Shown here: in pieces, positions 1 to 13,174 of the stretch
How positions within the stretch are numbered: position 1 is the stretch's first letter
Layout: each line of letters begins with the position of its first letter
Assembly (NCBI GenBank): GCA_038087875.1
Contig: CM075993.1
Span: 10,046,001-10,110,000, forward strand
Source of the DNA: Malacoraja senta
Taxonomy: Eukaryota
Reading direction: 5' to 3'
Length of the DNA stretch: 64,000 nt
Translations under genes and position numbers: made by a program
Notes under the pieces: generated by a model
Told to the model about the DNA's origin: nothing
What the model saw: the letters and a program-made list of their open reading frames with translations, nothing else
Database searches by the model: none

Positions 1-781
1 GATAGTGAATGAACATGCAGCCAACCAGTCACTCTGGGATGATGCTTGTAGACTGAATGTAGCTGCTTCATAAAATGGCCACCCAGTCCACGTTTGGTTT
101 CTGCATTGTAGTGGAAACACGGAAGGCATCATTGGTGGGAAACACATAAAGGTTGATAACATTTTTTGGTGAGATTTGCTGAGAGTATTAGCCCCTGTTC
201 TTTTACCACAAAAATAGAGGAGACATTGGTTGTTACTTAAAGAAAAATCTACAGATCAAGAAGCAATTCCTCCAGATTAGAGGGCGACAAATGTAACTTC
301 GGTTTAAAAAAAAGATACAAAACTGGGAACTTCGAACAGATAGCCCAACATCTGTGGTAGGGAAAATGTTCACATTACTGTAAGGGATGAGACGGGAAAC
401 TGAGCACATTTCAACAGGATTAGACAAAATCAACATGGATTTATGAAAGGGATGTCATGTTTGATAAACCTACTGAAAACCTTTGAGAATATAATTGTTA
501 TATTAGATAAGGGCAAAACAGTGGATGTGGTGTATTGATATTTCCAGAAGACCTTTGGTGAAGTTCCACAAAAGATTGAGGGTCATATACTTGCAGGGGT
601 TGAACATTAGTCGACAGGTAGGAAAGTGATAGTACGAATAAATGTGACTTAATAAGGGTGGCAAGTTGTGAGTAGTAGGGTACTGCTCAGGATCAGTTAC
701 TTACAACGTATATCAATGATTTGGGTGAGGAAACCAAATCTTATAGTCTTTAAGTGAGTAGGATTGTGATTTTTTGTGTGT

Positions 782-1048
782 GTTTAGTTTAGAGATACAA
801 TGTAGAAACAGGCCCTTCGGCCCAACATTCTGCGCCGACCAACGATCACCTGTACACTAGTTCTATCCTACACACTAGGGACAATTTACAGAAGCCAATT
901 TGGAATGTGGGAGGAAACCAGAGCACCCGGAGAAAACCCACACGGTCATAGGGAGAACGTACAAACTCCATACAGACAGCACCCAGTCAGGATCGAAAGA
1001 GGTATCTGGCACTGTAAACAGCAACTCTGCCGCTACGCCACCATGCCA
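782..1048 (-). mobile_element. HE1-type tRNA-derived V-SINE
   Basis: tRNA-like head, V-domain-like core (TTCCTCCCACA.TCCAAA) and (CTAAA)n tail, on the minus strand. Confidence 0.85.
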
Positions 1049-1900
1049 CCATGTAAGGAGAATGCAAAGGTGCTTCAATGCAAATTAAGACACAAAATGC
1101 TGGAGTAACTCAGTGGGTCGGGATGCACCCCTCAAGAACATAGATAGGTGACCTTTTGGGTTGGTCCCTACCCGAAACGCCACCTATCCGTGTTCTCCAG
1201 AGATGCTGCTTGACCCACTGAGTTACTCCAGCATTTTGCATCTTGGTAAACTAGAATCTGCAGTTCCTTGCTTCTACATTTTTGATGCCATTTTGACAGG
1301 TTGAGTGAGTGGGCAAATATATGGCACACACATTAACATGTGGATAAATGTGAAGGTATCAACTATGGTAGGAAAACAAACAAAGCAAATGGTGACAGAT
1401 TGGGAAATAGTGACTTTCTGAAAGCAAACATACAGATGCAGCAAACAGTTAGGAAGGCAAATGTTAAGACGGTTTGACTACAGAGAAGTGTTATCTTGCT
1501 ACAATTATGCAGTTTAGTGAGATCACACTGGGAATATTCTGTATGTTTTTTTCTCCTTATATAAGAAAGGATATGCTTTCCATAAGGGAGCAAAGCCAAG
1601 GTTAGCAAGACCAGGCTTGTATTCACTAGAGTTTAAAAGAATGAGTGGGGATGCCATTGATACATACAGGATGCTGACAGACTGAGATAGACTGGATGCC
1701 AGGAACATGTTTCTCCTGGCTGGAGGTGTCTAGAACAGGTAGTCACAGACTCAGGGTGGATCACACATTCATCACTGAGGTGAGGATAGTGGTGAATCTG
1801 TGGAAGAAGAGACAGATCAGGCCAAGCCACTGAATGTAAAGCAGGAGATAAATTGATCTCTGGATATTAAAGGCTTTAAGGCATAAGGGGAAGATGGGTA

Positions 1901-2179
1901 TGGGTAGGAAGGAACTGCAGATGCTGGTTTAAACCGGATAGACACAACATGCTGGAGTAACTCAGCGGGACAGGCAGCATCTCTGGAGAAAAGTAATGGG
2001 TGATATTTCAGGTCGACACCCTTCTTCAGACTCAATGGATGATGTTTCGGCTCAAAATTCTTCTTCTGTCTCTTCAGACCAATCTGAAGAAGGGCCTCCA
2101 CCCAAGACGTCACCCATTCCTATTCTCTCGAGATGTTATCTGTCCCGCTAAGTTATTCCAGCATTTTATGTCTGTCTTC
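1901..2179. mobile_element. Penelope 3'-end-derived inverted-repeat insertion with TSD
   Basis: Two opposed arms of the Penelope 3' UTR; TSD GAAGATGGGTA at 1890-1900 and 2180-2190. Confidence 0.8.
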
Positions 2180-3802
2180 GAAGATGGGTAGTGCATTGAA
2201 ACTGGGTAAAAGTATGGATTTGCCATGGTGTTTATAAATCACATATGGACCAAGAGAGAAACAAAATCACCACAAAAAAAAGAGGATATTGTGCAGGACT
2301 CAAAATGCTGGAGGATCTCAGCACATCAGGCAGCATCCGTGGAGGGGATGGACTGGTGACATTTCAGGTCAGGACCCTTCCTCAGGGTGACAGGCAACGT
2401 TTCGGATCGGGACCCTTTAGACAATTTGTTGATTCTATTTGGAATTTCAACGTTTCACCAGTTATTGCTGGGAAAATTATTCACACAGCTGGGTCCATCT
2501 GGTTATGAGGCAGAAATGGAGCTGAGACATCCTATCGTCTCAATATAGCTATGATATTACATAGAAACAGAAACATAGAAAATAGGTGCAGGAGGAGGCC
2601 ATTCGGCCCTTCGAGCCAGCACCGCCATTCATTGTGATCATGGCTGATCGTCCCCAATCAATAACTCATGCTTGCCTTCTCCCCATATCCTTTGATTCCA
2701 CTGGCCTCCAGAGCTCTATCTAACTCTCTCTTAAATCCATCCAGCGATTTGGCCTCCACTGCCCTCCGTGGCAGGGAATTCCACAAATTCACAACTCTCT
2801 GGGTGAAAACGTTTTTTCTCACCTCAGTCTTAAATGGCCTCCCCTTTATTCTAAGACTGTGGCGTATAAAGACGTTTCTAAGATGTATAGAGCCTCCAAA
2901 TAAAACTCTGCAGTACACATCTTGTTGGGACTGCTTTATGAACATAGAAAGCAAAATTTATATTCTGCAGACAGTGGGAGATGATTTTCCTGTCGCAGTA
3001 ATGGAACTGGCTGAATTTATGGAAAACGACAATTTTGTAAGAAGTGTATGAACACACGTTGAATGTGCATGTGAATAACAAGACATGAAACATTTTATTG
3101 CAGACATAATATATTGTCTACTAAATAAGGTTGTGTGAAGTGGAGGCAAGGTAGAGATGCTGAAGGAACAGCAAAGTAAGGTGATGGACAAAATCCATGT
3201 AAAGCACTTGGGAAAAATAAATGAGAAAAAAAAGGATTTCCAACAAACATGACATAGAAACTCTTGTCAGCATGTCAGAGGTACAGACAACATCCTCTTA
3301 CAATATTATCCCAGGTTGGCAGTGAACTACAAGACCATGTCAGTGGGAAGGTCTCAACCCGAAACGTCACCCATTCTTTCTCTCCAGAGATGCTGCCTGT
3401 CCCGCTGAGTTACTCCAGCCTTTTGTGTCTATCTTCGGCACTATTAAGAATGTTGTGAAAAAGTCGTGAGAATCTTTTTAGTACCAAATAACTGTCACTG
3501 GGATGATGCACTATCACAGAACACACATTGGAGGAATTAAAGTTATTTATTTGGCGACATTGTCTTGTGGAAAGGGTCATATGTGATAACGTCTCACAGT
3601 TTCATTAGGACAATTAATGAAGAGCAGTTTGAATAAAGTGCTGTTTCACTTCTCCTTACCACCTGGCTTTAAGTGGAGAAGCAGAAAGGTTAGGCTGCCT
3701 TGTAAAGAAGAAACAGTTCATAGGTCAATTGAACATTTATCATGAAACAGAGACACAACATTTCTCCTGAGCTATAGAGCCAGGCCAGACTTCACAACAG
3801 GA

Positions 3803-4049
3803 TGTGTAGGAAGGAACTGCAGATGCTGGTTTAAACCAAAGATAAACACAAAATGCTGGAGTAACAAAGCGGGTCAGGCAGTATCTCTGGATAAAAGGAA
3901 TGGTCTCGACATTTCGGGTCGAGACCCTTCTTCAGACCTTAGAAATACCTTCAGACTGAAGAAGGGTCTCGACCTGAAACGTCACCCATTCCTTCTATCC
4001 AGAGATGCTGCCTGTCCCACTGAGTTACTCCAGCATTTTGTGTCTATCC
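3803..4049. mobile_element. Penelope-derived inverted-repeat (hairpin) element
   Basis: The arm ...gagacccttcttcagac is followed by its reverse complement ctgaagaagggtctcgac... Confidence 0.8.
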
Positions 4050-4360
4050 TCACAACAGGTGCTTGTCTGCAGAAATCTAACGCACAGAATACTCAGGACA
4101 CCTTTGCTTGGTTCAATTTGGAGCAAAATGTGGAGGGAGGGTAGTGGAAACAGAGTAAGCACCACAACAGGAGAAGAGGTTCTGTCTGCATGATAGAGTT
4201 CCTGCACTGGGAGGCCAGAGATGAGACGATAGGATGTCAGGGAAATAGTGGAGATGTATTAATATAAGAATAATATCTCATGAAGGTTGGTGTGAAATTC
4301 AGAAGCATTCATATAAACCATTTCATTCTAGTGCTGATACCCAGACAGCACCCGTACAGA

Positions 4361-4651
4361 TGGCGCAGTTGCTGCCTTGCAGTGCCAGAGACTTGGGTTC
4401 GATACTGACTACGGGTGCTGTCTGTACGGAGTTTGTACATCCTCCCCGTGACCACGTGGATTTTCTCCCTGTGCTCCCGTTTCCACCCACACTCCAAAGA
4501 CATACAGATTTGTAGGTTAATTGGCTTGGTAAAATTGTAAATTGTCCCTAGTGTGGGTAGAATAGTGTTAATGTGCGGGGATCGCTGGTCGGCGCGAACC
4601 TGGTGGGCTGAAGGGCCTGTTTCCGCGTTGTATCTCTAAACTAAACTAAAC
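4361..4651 (+). mobile_element. HE1-type V-SINE
   Basis: B box GGTTCGATAC, V core, tail gggcctgtttccgcgttgtatctctaaactaaactaaa. Confidence 0.88.
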
Positions 4652-5932
4652 AAAAAAAGTATGTAAATGAAGATGTTCGTGAAGTGAATTCAAAATTGCC
4701 CAGGAATCAACACACAACATTTCTGAGGGTCAAGGTTAGTCAATAGCGTTTTCTAATCCAGGGATGGGAGATTTTCTAACATCTGGTAAATCTGCGGGTT
4801 TAACAAAAGTAAAACAGCAATGCTCTGATAGCACAGAAGGTGCAAACACATGAAATTCAGTTAAAGTTATTAAATGTGTAAAATCAATCGATATCCTCTT
4901 TTATAAATGGATGAATCAGTTTAGGGTGTACATCATTGGTTGTGAACAGTTGCTTTAAAGCTATTGCCATGTTGAAGAAGGTGTCATGTGACGATCCCCT
5001 CTCTGGGCTGCAACAGTGTGAATAGAGAATCTAATTTATCTACAAAGAACCCTTGATTAAAATCCACCTTGTGGCAGTTATCTGTACACCCTGTAGCTGG
5101 AGCTATCTGTACACCCTGTAGCTTTGGTAAATGTTAAGAACCTACTGAGTCTAAATACTTTACAACCATGGTGTTTTAATGGCAGAAAGAGTTATCTAGG
5201 TGAAAGGCTGAAGTCAACGTGCAGGATCCCACATAAGCTGTACAGAGTTTAAGAGGTGATGAATCCAGAACCATTGGTTAAATAATGGAAGTCTTCAATC
5301 CACCAAACCAATAGGCAATGAGGGGACACAGGGACTGTTGAACAGGGGCAGGGGGGAAAGGTGAGAATTAGAGGAGTCTGAAGAAGGGTCTCGACCAGAA
5401 ATGTCACCCATTTCTTCTCTCCAGAGATGCTGCCTGTCCTCTGGCATTTTGTGTCTATCTTCTGAGATAGAATAATAGGGGGCTCCCTGGAAATGACCCT
5501 TGCACACCTCAAATAGCCATTGTATTGAAACAATGAAAATGTGTGGCTTTGGAGCTGGTGGGGATATTTTGGGATATTTTGAGGTACACACCTCCCAAGT
5601 CTTCAGACTTTAACAATGGTCCCTGTGCCCACAAATTGTTCCAGTCCCTGCCTGTGTTACATGGTTCCTTGTTTGTGATGCTCCTGCAATTGCAATTGGT
5701 TTTCTTCAAAAGGTCTTCAAAACGTTCCTGCCATTTCATTTTCATCTATGCTTTCAAAATCAATTCTCATTAAGATCTTTACAGTAAGTTTATTTGAAAA
5801 CATCTCAAGCCATCATTATTAGTCGCATTAGAAACTGCCTTCCTGACTGCATTTTTGTAAACACTATGCTTTTTGTCAGTGACTAATAATCAATGGAGAT
5901 GAGCTGTAGTTTAAACATTCTTTAAAAAAAAT

Positions 5933-6102
5933 GGTGGAGAAACTCAGCGGGTGAGGCAGTATTTATGGAGCGAAGGAAATAGGCAATGTTTTGGGTCGAA
6001 ACGTTGCCTATTTCCTTCGCTCCATAGATGCTGCCTCACCCGCTGAGTTTCTCCAGCATTTTTGTCTACCTTTGATTTATCAGCATCTGCAGTTCCTTCT
6101 TA
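5933..6102. mobile_element. Penelope-derived inverted repeat, subfamily B
   Basis: tggagaaactcagcgggtgaggcag... opposed to ...ctgcctcacccgctgagtttctcca, centred on aacgtt; same subfamily as the 3' UTR at 11910-12010. Confidence 0.8.
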
Positions 6103-6394
6103 AAAACTTTAAATAAATGGTGTGAGTTTGCTGTTTTCTTTGGTTGTTTATTCAGATTAATATCCAGACACACTCATTACACATACGCATTCCAGTAAGA
6201 ATGAAATAAAGGTTATATCATAGGAATTGCTACTGCAAGAATTCAGCATCATCTCTAGACCCCATGAAGTCTTCAGACAGGTCAAATTATTCACGTTGGC
6301 CATGTGGCAACTCTTCAGTCTTTTAGTATCTGAACTTGGAAATTCAATAAGGTCTTTGATACTGACAGGATTAAAAGTTACTGGTAAATGTTCT

Positions 6395-6726
6395 GCATCC
6401 ACACTCATCTCCCCACTCGCTGCCTTCAGGTAGAAGGTACAGGAGCTTGAAATCTGCAACATCCAGGTTCAGGAATAGCTACTTCCCCACAGCCATCAGG
6501 CTATTAAACTCAACTCAAACAAAACTCTGAATATTAATAGCCCATTGCACGTTATTTGCTTATTTATGTGTGTGTATATATATATTCATTGGTATATGGT
6601 CACACTGATCTGTTCTGTATTTATTTATGCCTACTATATTCTGTTGTGCTGAAGCATAGCAAGAATTTCATTGTCCTATCTGGGACACATGACAATAAAC
6701 TCTCTTAAATCTCTTGAATCTTGAAT
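6395..6726 (+). mobile_element. Rex1/Babar-type LINE 3' end, (CTTGAAT)n tail
   Basis: LPSGRRYRSL...RFRNSYFPTAIRLLN motif. Related copies at 18447-18870(-) and a 67-bp tip at 10435-10501 with 14-bp TSD AAGTGTATACAAAG. Confidence 0.8.
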
Positions 6727-7894
6727 TACTGTTCCCTGTTCCCTACAGCGGTAAAAAGCAGTTGTTATTAAACACGATGCTAAACACTATTGGCTTCATG
6801 GTAATCATGATTTAAATTGAAGCAAGATAAACATTAGGGAGCAGTTGTAGGATAGTCAGAAACTGTCGGGTGAAAATGGTCTATGTGGCACATGGCCCAA
6901 ATGGGCCAAATAGCAATGTTTCTGCGCTGTTCCCTTTTATGTAGTGATATGAAGATAGCGCAGTGCAGCACAGGAGTGGGCAGCTCGGCCCACAAGATCT
7001 CTGCCAAATATCATGCCAAGATCATCTGCCTTCATATGAGCCATATCCCTCCATTCCCTGCATATCCACGCACCTATCTAAAGTCTCTGAAATGCCACTA
7101 CCAGCATTGTGTCTGCCTCCACCACCACACCTGGCAGTGTGTTCCAGGCACCCACCATCCTCTGTGTTTAAAAAAACATCTTGCCCTGCACATCCCCATT
7201 AAATTTACAGTATCTCCTCTTACATTAAAGCTCTGCCCTCAAGTCTTTAACTACCCTGGGGAGAAAAAGGTTCGGACTGTCTACCCTATCTACGCCTCTC
7301 ATAGTTTTCTATACTTCTAGCAGTTCTAAACTTTGTTGTTGACTAGAACCTCATGCTTTTCTGACTGTGTATTCGGAGTTGCCAACTAGGGCTGTAGTTC
7401 GTAAATGAAGAGTGGGGGGCAGGGGTGCTTCTTCCGTTTAAATGCAGGCTCCAGTAATTGAATGTTGAACTGTACGTGGCTCTAGTTTCAATTTGCCCGG
7501 CTCCAATCCCCATTAAGCTAGATCTGTCCTCCTGTCCCTGAGGTAATGCAATCTCACAGCTTAATACACTGGTTCTGGAAAGGAAAAACATACAGGGTCC
7601 AGTGAGATGCAGTGGAATTGAATAATTAAATGGAATCTGATGTAAGAGCTCATTGTGAAACACTAGACATTTTAAATAGTCCTGCCCTAAAGTCTAAATT
7701 GATCTATGTTCACTTAATTGAAGTGCTTCCCCCACCAGTCTCATGTTTCATTCTATAGAATATCAGTCACGGATATTATCTAAGCCAATAAACAAATATG
7801 CATAAGATGATAAATGCTTCATTCCAATTAATTTTTGAGAGTTTGAGATTACAAGTGGTTTCCTTTGTGTTATTGTATATTGGTATCAGTATCT

Positions 7895-8507
7895 TAAAGC
7901 AAAGAGGTCCTTCTGCAGTTGTACAGAGCCCTAGTGAGCCCACACCTGGAGTATTGTGTGCAGTTTTGGTCCCCTAATTTGAGGAAGGACATTCCTGCTA
8001 TTGAGGGAGTGCAGCGTAGGTTTACAAGGTTAATTCCCGGGATGGCGGGACTGTTATATGCTGAGAGAATGAAGCAGTTGGGCTTGTACACTCTGGAGTT
8101 TAGAAGGATGAGAGGATATCTCATTGAAACATATAAGATTATTAAGGGTTTGGACAGGCTGGAGGCAGGAAACATGTTCCCGATGTTGGGGGAGTCCAGA
8201 ACCAGGGGCCACAGTTTAAGAATAAGGAGTAAGCCATTTAGAATGGAGACGAGCAAACACTTTTTCTCACAGAGAGTTGTGAGTCTGTGGAATTCTCTGC
8301 CTCAGAGGGCGGTGGAGGCAGGTTCTCTGGATGCTTTCAAGAGAGAGCTGGATAGGGCTCTTAAAGATAGCGGAGTCAGGGGATATGGGGAAAAGGCAGG
8401 AACGGGGTTCTGATTGGGGATGATCAGCCATGATCCCATTGAATGGCGGTGCAGGCTCGAAGGGCCGAATGGCCTACTCCTGCACCTATTGTCTATTGTC
8501 TATTGTC
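7895..8507 (+). mobile_element. CR1-clade LINE 3' end (young), (CTATTGT)n tail
   Basis: ORF 7919-8413 YRALVSPHLEYCVQFWSP...TRGHSL...VVSLWNSLP, the typical CR1 ORF2 C-terminus. Confidence 0.93.
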
Positions 8508-8547
8508 AAACTACACAATTATGTTTGGTCTGGAACTTTTATATCTT

Positions 8548-8938
8548 GAGCAGGCTAGGTTGAGCAGGCAAGGAATCTGTTCCTTGGAGCGCAGGAGGAT
8601 GAGGTGTGATCTTACAGAGGTGTACAATACCTTGAGAGGAATAGATCGGGGTATCGAGGACATAGGTTTAAGCTGAGAGGGGAAAGATTTAATAGGAACC
8701 TGATGGGTAGCTTTTTCACAGAAAGGGTGGTGTGTGTATGGAATGAGCTGCCAGAGGAGGTAGTTGAGGCTGGTATTTTGCAACGTTTAGGAAACATTAA
8801 GACACGTACATGGATAGGACAGGTTTAGAGGCATATGGGCCAAACACAGGCAGGTGGGACTCGTGCAGATGGAACAAGTTGGCCAGTGTGGGCAAGATGG
8901 GCTGAACGGCCTGTTTCCACGATGTAAGACTATGACTC
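8548..8938 (+). mobile_element. HER1-type CR1 LINE 3' end (tail shared with HE1 SINE)
   Basis: SLERRRMRCDLTEVY...WNELPEEVV; ends ggcctgtttccac like the HE1 tail. Further copies at ~24350-24870, 37640-38050, 51613-51952(-) and 62178-62545. Confidence 0.8.
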
Positions 8939-11416
8939 CATCTTTAGGTTTTGGTTTATGATTGTCTCATGTGCCGTGAAAAGTTTTGATCCAAATGTTA
9001 TCGAGTTGAATCAGACAATACTGTACATAAATACAACCTAAACTTAAGTCCAAGAGGTAAAGCGAAGGGAAAGATATAGAGTGCCGAATATCGTTCTCAG
9101 CACTTTAGCCTACCCGTTCCAGAGACAAAGTCTAATGTCCTCAATGGGGTAGAGGAGAATCGGAAAGTATCATAGCTTGTGGAAGGACTGTTCAGAAACT
9201 TGAAATCAGCAAGTTGAAAACTGATCATCTGCAATGAATCCTGATCTATTAAAGTCTTTCTATTAAGGCACACATCTGCAGTGTGATGAAAAGCACTTCA
9301 TTTGTCTGGGTGTCAAGAAAATGGACACCATCCAGGACAAAGCATGCTGCTTGGTTGGCAGTCCATTCATCACTGCCACCAAATTGTAGCGTCAACTAAA
9401 TTATCTGCACCAATCTGTCAGTGCTTCCCTTGCAGCTTTATGCACAAGGACACCCACGTCCCCTGCAAACTTAAACTGAAAGGAGTTTGCAGAGTTACCC
9501 AAGATTGACACAAAAAGCTGGCGTAACTCAGGCAGCATCTCCGGAGAGAAGGAATGGGTGCCGTTTCGGGTCGAGACCCTTCTTCAGAGTTACCTGGTGT
9601 CCCTGAAGGTGAATCGGTGAACGTTCATGTGCAGACACAGCGGATTATTGAGGGCAAGCAGTGCCATCATCTTTATTGCAAGAGGACATGAGTTCAAGAG
9701 TAAGGAAGTCTCGCTCATGTTTTGTCGGGCAACCACTACCTTGTTTCTAGATCCGGTCTCGCTACCAAAGGAAGAACCTACTTGTGATAACGAGAGTGCA
9801 GCAAAAGTTGGCCAGTTTGACTCATGAGATGGGATACAGCTTTCTAGCCAACAATTTTGTGTGCACATGAATTCAAATTGTGTATTTTGTATGCAGCCTA
9901 GATATTGTGTGGGTGATGCTCATTTTTTGTGTGGTCCTAGTGAAGGTACATTTTTGCACTATTGGAGGCATACTATGGACATAGAGCACATACAATAAAA
10001 TACCATCATGGACTCTACATGCACTCTGCACTTCCCTTCTCACAGAACAAATACAAAATACATATCCCACACACAAAACAAACACTATGCACATAACATA
10101 TGTACTATGCATACGGAACCTGCACCTTGCTTTGAAAATACACACAAAAACCCCCACTGGTCACAGGAAAAATACTTAGTAGACATGAAACAAACACTGT
10201 ACACATAAAATAAGCTTTGTGCACACAAAATCCACATTGTCCACAGTAAATGCACACCATGGACATGAAACAAACAGATGATGTGTATATGAAACAAGGT
10301 GGCACAAAATATACATAATGTACAGAAGATATACGTACACACAATTAGCACAAAGTACACTTTTGCAAAGTGCTCACCACTAAAACAGAAGACAGACACA
10401 AAATAAACATTGTATATACAAAGTGTATACAAAGCAAAGCAAGAATTTCATTGTCCTATCTGGGACACATGACAATAAACTCTCTTGAATCTTGAATCTT
10501 GAAGTGTATACAAAGTATACACAATGCACAGAAATTAAAATAATCGTGCCCACAGAATATATTCTTCATGCAAAATAACCATTGCTCAAAAAGATCTACA
10601 TGCATGTGAACAGGCATCTAGCACACAAAATATATATCATGCACACGATATATTCTATGCACATAAAACAAACATCCTTCATACAAAATACACATCGTAC
10701 ACACAAAACACACAAGAAGCACAGAATACAAACACCATACTCACAATGTAACATCACTGCGTACATCCTAACAATATAATGTGGTTAAAATGAATACATT
10801 TTGAATTGGTTTTTAGCTAATTTTTTTTAATATATAAAGAAATAGGATTAATTTCACTTTGATGGTTTTGAAATCCCTGATTTATGATGGTGGTGTATAG
10901 AAATGAAATTACTGAAATAAATTATTCTCTTGGCTGGGGTGTAGGGCTATGATGATCAATTTTATACTGTAAAACTCAAAAGTGCCAGGATATGTTGGCA
11001 TGCCGTGAATAATGGCTTTAACTCATATCCCAGTATCCCAGGAAGTTGATAGCGTAAGTACAGTAAATTCCCAGCGGATATTTTATTTCAATGTTTAAAA
11101 TCTCCAGCAATTATGAAATTATGCAGTTTGCTCTAGTTTGATAGAACGTCTGAATAAAGGGGACCAAAGACCAATAAGCAAATTCCTCATTTCAATTGAC
11201 GTAGTAACTCAATCTCAAAGTGGATAATGGGTAATATCCTTTGACCCCCTGCAGTAAATCTGAGACCTCAATATTTTTATCATTAGGGCTGGGCTGTGGA
11301 TATTGTGTGCCTGTGGGGACATTAGTCGTGGTGTAGGCTTCCTCAGCAAGGCCTGGGCTTGTCGTGGTAACTCACTCCTGGTAACTGAACTAAAATTCTT
11401 GTCCTCTCTCTTTCAG

Positions 11417-11451
11417 GACTGCACCTTTTTTACCCGCAAAGAAATCCTCCG
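11417..11451 (+). CDS. CIB2: CIB2 coding exon 2 (35 nt, DCTFFTRKEILR, phase 0 to 2)
   Basis: Acceptor ctctctctttcAG at 11415-11416 and donor GTGAGT at 11452. The peptide matches the CIB2/CIB3 N-terminal motif DCTFF(T/N)(R/K)K(E/D)I. Too short to appear in the ORF track. Confidence 0.92.
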
Positions 11452-11909
11452 GTGAGTGATGACATCAGTGGGTTGAATTTGGATTTTCTTTTCTGGCTGA
11501 GGTTTCCAGTTTATCGAGCACAATGGCAAAGAACGATAAATAAATTCACATTTCATGCTATTACGACATGCACAGAATCGAATCGGCTGAATGTCGGAAT
11601 CCATACCCAGAATTTGGCAGCAGCAGATATAAATAACAATTTAACTTATTTCCACTCCCATGTGTGAACTACAATGTGAGATTGGTCTTGTTCAACCTTT
11701 CTAGTTAAAAGGGATGACTTATATTTGTACAGCTCCATGGTTTCAGAATATGGGGTCAGCAGTTGCTTAAACTAATTTAAAGGGCAGCCATTGTTGAAAA
11801 GTAGAGAATCCAGCAGCCAATTTATATCCAAACCGATCCAACAAGTAGGTAACAAATAATAATCGATAATCTGTTGGAGTAATAGGGAGCAAAAAAACAA
11901 GGTGAAATC

Positions 11910-12830
11910 TATCAAAGGTACACAAAAATGCTGGAGAAACTCAGCGGGTGCAGCAGCATCTATGGAGCGAAGGAAATCGGCAACGTTTCGGGCTGAAACC
12001 TTCTTCAGACTGATGGAGGTGGGGGGAGGGGGGGCGGGGAGAAGAACGGAAAAAGGAAGAAGAGGAGCCCGAGGGCTGAGGGAGGGCTGGGAAGGGGAGG
12101 AGACAGCAAGGGCTAACAGAATTGTGAGAATTCAATGTTCATGCCACCAGGATGCAAACTCCCCAAGCGGAATATGAGGTGCTGCTCCTCCAATTTCCGG
12201 TGGTGCTCACTCTGGCCATGGAGGAGGCCCAGGACAGAGAGGTCGGATATGGAATGGGAGGGGGAGTTGAGTGCTGAGCCACCGGGATGTCAGGTTGGTT
12301 AATGTGGACCGAGCGGAGGTGTTTGGCGAAACGATCGCCAAGCCTACGCTTGGTCTCACCGATGTAGATCAGCTGACATCTAGAGCAACGGATGCAATAG
12401 ATGAGGTTGGAGGAGATGCAGGTGAACCTCTATTGCACCTGGAATGACTGCTTGGGTCCTTGAATGGAGTAGAGGGGGGAGGTAAAGCGACAAGTGTAGC
12501 ATCTCTTGCAGTTGCAAGGGAAAGTGCCCGGGGAGGGGGTGGTGCGGGAGGGAAGGGAAGATTTGACAAGGGAGTTACGGAGGGAGCGGTCTTTGCGGAA
12601 GGCAGACAGGGGGGGAGATGGGAAGACGTGGCGAGTGGAGGGGTCACTTTGGAGGTGGCGAAACTGATGGAGGACTATTTGTTGTATGTGACAGCTAGTG
12701 GGGTGAAAGGTGAGGAATAGGGGGACTCTGCCCTTGTTGCGAGTGGCGGGATGGGGAGAGAGAGCAGTGTTACGGGCTATGGAAGAGACCCTGGTGCGAG
12801 CCTCATCTATGGGAGGGGAGGGGAACCCCC
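11910..12830 (-). mobile_element. Penelope-like retroelement, 5'-truncated: Cys-rich linker + GIY-YIG endonuclease + 3' UTR (pseudogenised)
   Basis: Minus-strand translation GTFPCNCKRCYTC...FTCISSNLIYCIRCSRCQLIYIGETKRRLGDRFAKHLRS...LEEQHLIFRLGSLHPGGMNIEF with one stop and a frameshift. The 3' UTR carries CTGAAGA...GAAACGTT. Confidence 0.92.
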
Positions 12831-12837
12831 GTATAAA

Positions 12838-13020
12838 TCTATCTATCTATATATGACTAAAACTCTCATCTTGACCACTTCCTGTCTGCGTTGTAATTAA
12901 ATTTGCGCAAAAACGATCCCCCATAGCGCTACGATTTTTCGCCACCTTACTCACCATTCTCCTCTACTGCAAGACAAATAGGTTTTGTTCCGATCGGTGA
13001 AATAGTACAAAAGTTATGAA
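12838..13020 (+). mobile_element. Helitron 5'-end fragment related to 30546-31570
   Basis: TCTAT...ACTAAAACTCTCATCTTGACCACTTCCTGTCTGCG matches the 5' terminus of the complete Helitron. No 3' hairpin/CTAG found. Confidence 0.75.
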
Positions 13021-13174
13021 GGGGAGGGGAATAGGGAAGAAATGGAAAGGTCTGCAGTGCAATGGAAAGTAGGGGGATTATGGGATGAAAGGGGAAGGTG
13101 CTGAGGAATGATAAGAGAGTGTGGTGGGGTGAATGAAGAAACAAGAATAAAAATATTTATTTGGATGAGGAAAA

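Larger units (their letters stand above)
215..2240 (+). mobile_element. Old, decayed CR1-clade LINE ORF2 (RT to 3' end), interrupted by SINE and Penelope insertions
   Basis: QHGFMKGMSCLINLL...DKGKTVDVVY*YFQKTF at ~432-570 (CR1 RT motifs); later ...YSLEFKRMSG. Many stops. Confidence 0.8.

Noticed and set aside
1087..1278. Hairpin repeats as a DNA-transposon MITE family or miRNA genes
   Set aside because: The arms match the 3' UTR of the Penelope GIY-YIG fragment, vary in length and, in other copies, have long variable TSDs.
5079..5122. Short direct duplications (also 42464-42538 and 63254-63292)
   Set aside because: Simple local slippage or repair duplications with no further structure.
7919..8413. 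164-aa ORF (and similar ORFs at 13952, 37541, 44784, 56156, 56752) as host genes
   Set aside because: C-termini of LINE ORF2 in 5'-truncated copies, each followed by a LINE tail.
11228..11245. ATG GGT AAT as CIB2 exon 1 (MGN...)
   Set aside because: Reads MGNIL then stop. No MGNKQT-type exon was found in 1-11416, so exon 1 is presumed upstream of the window.
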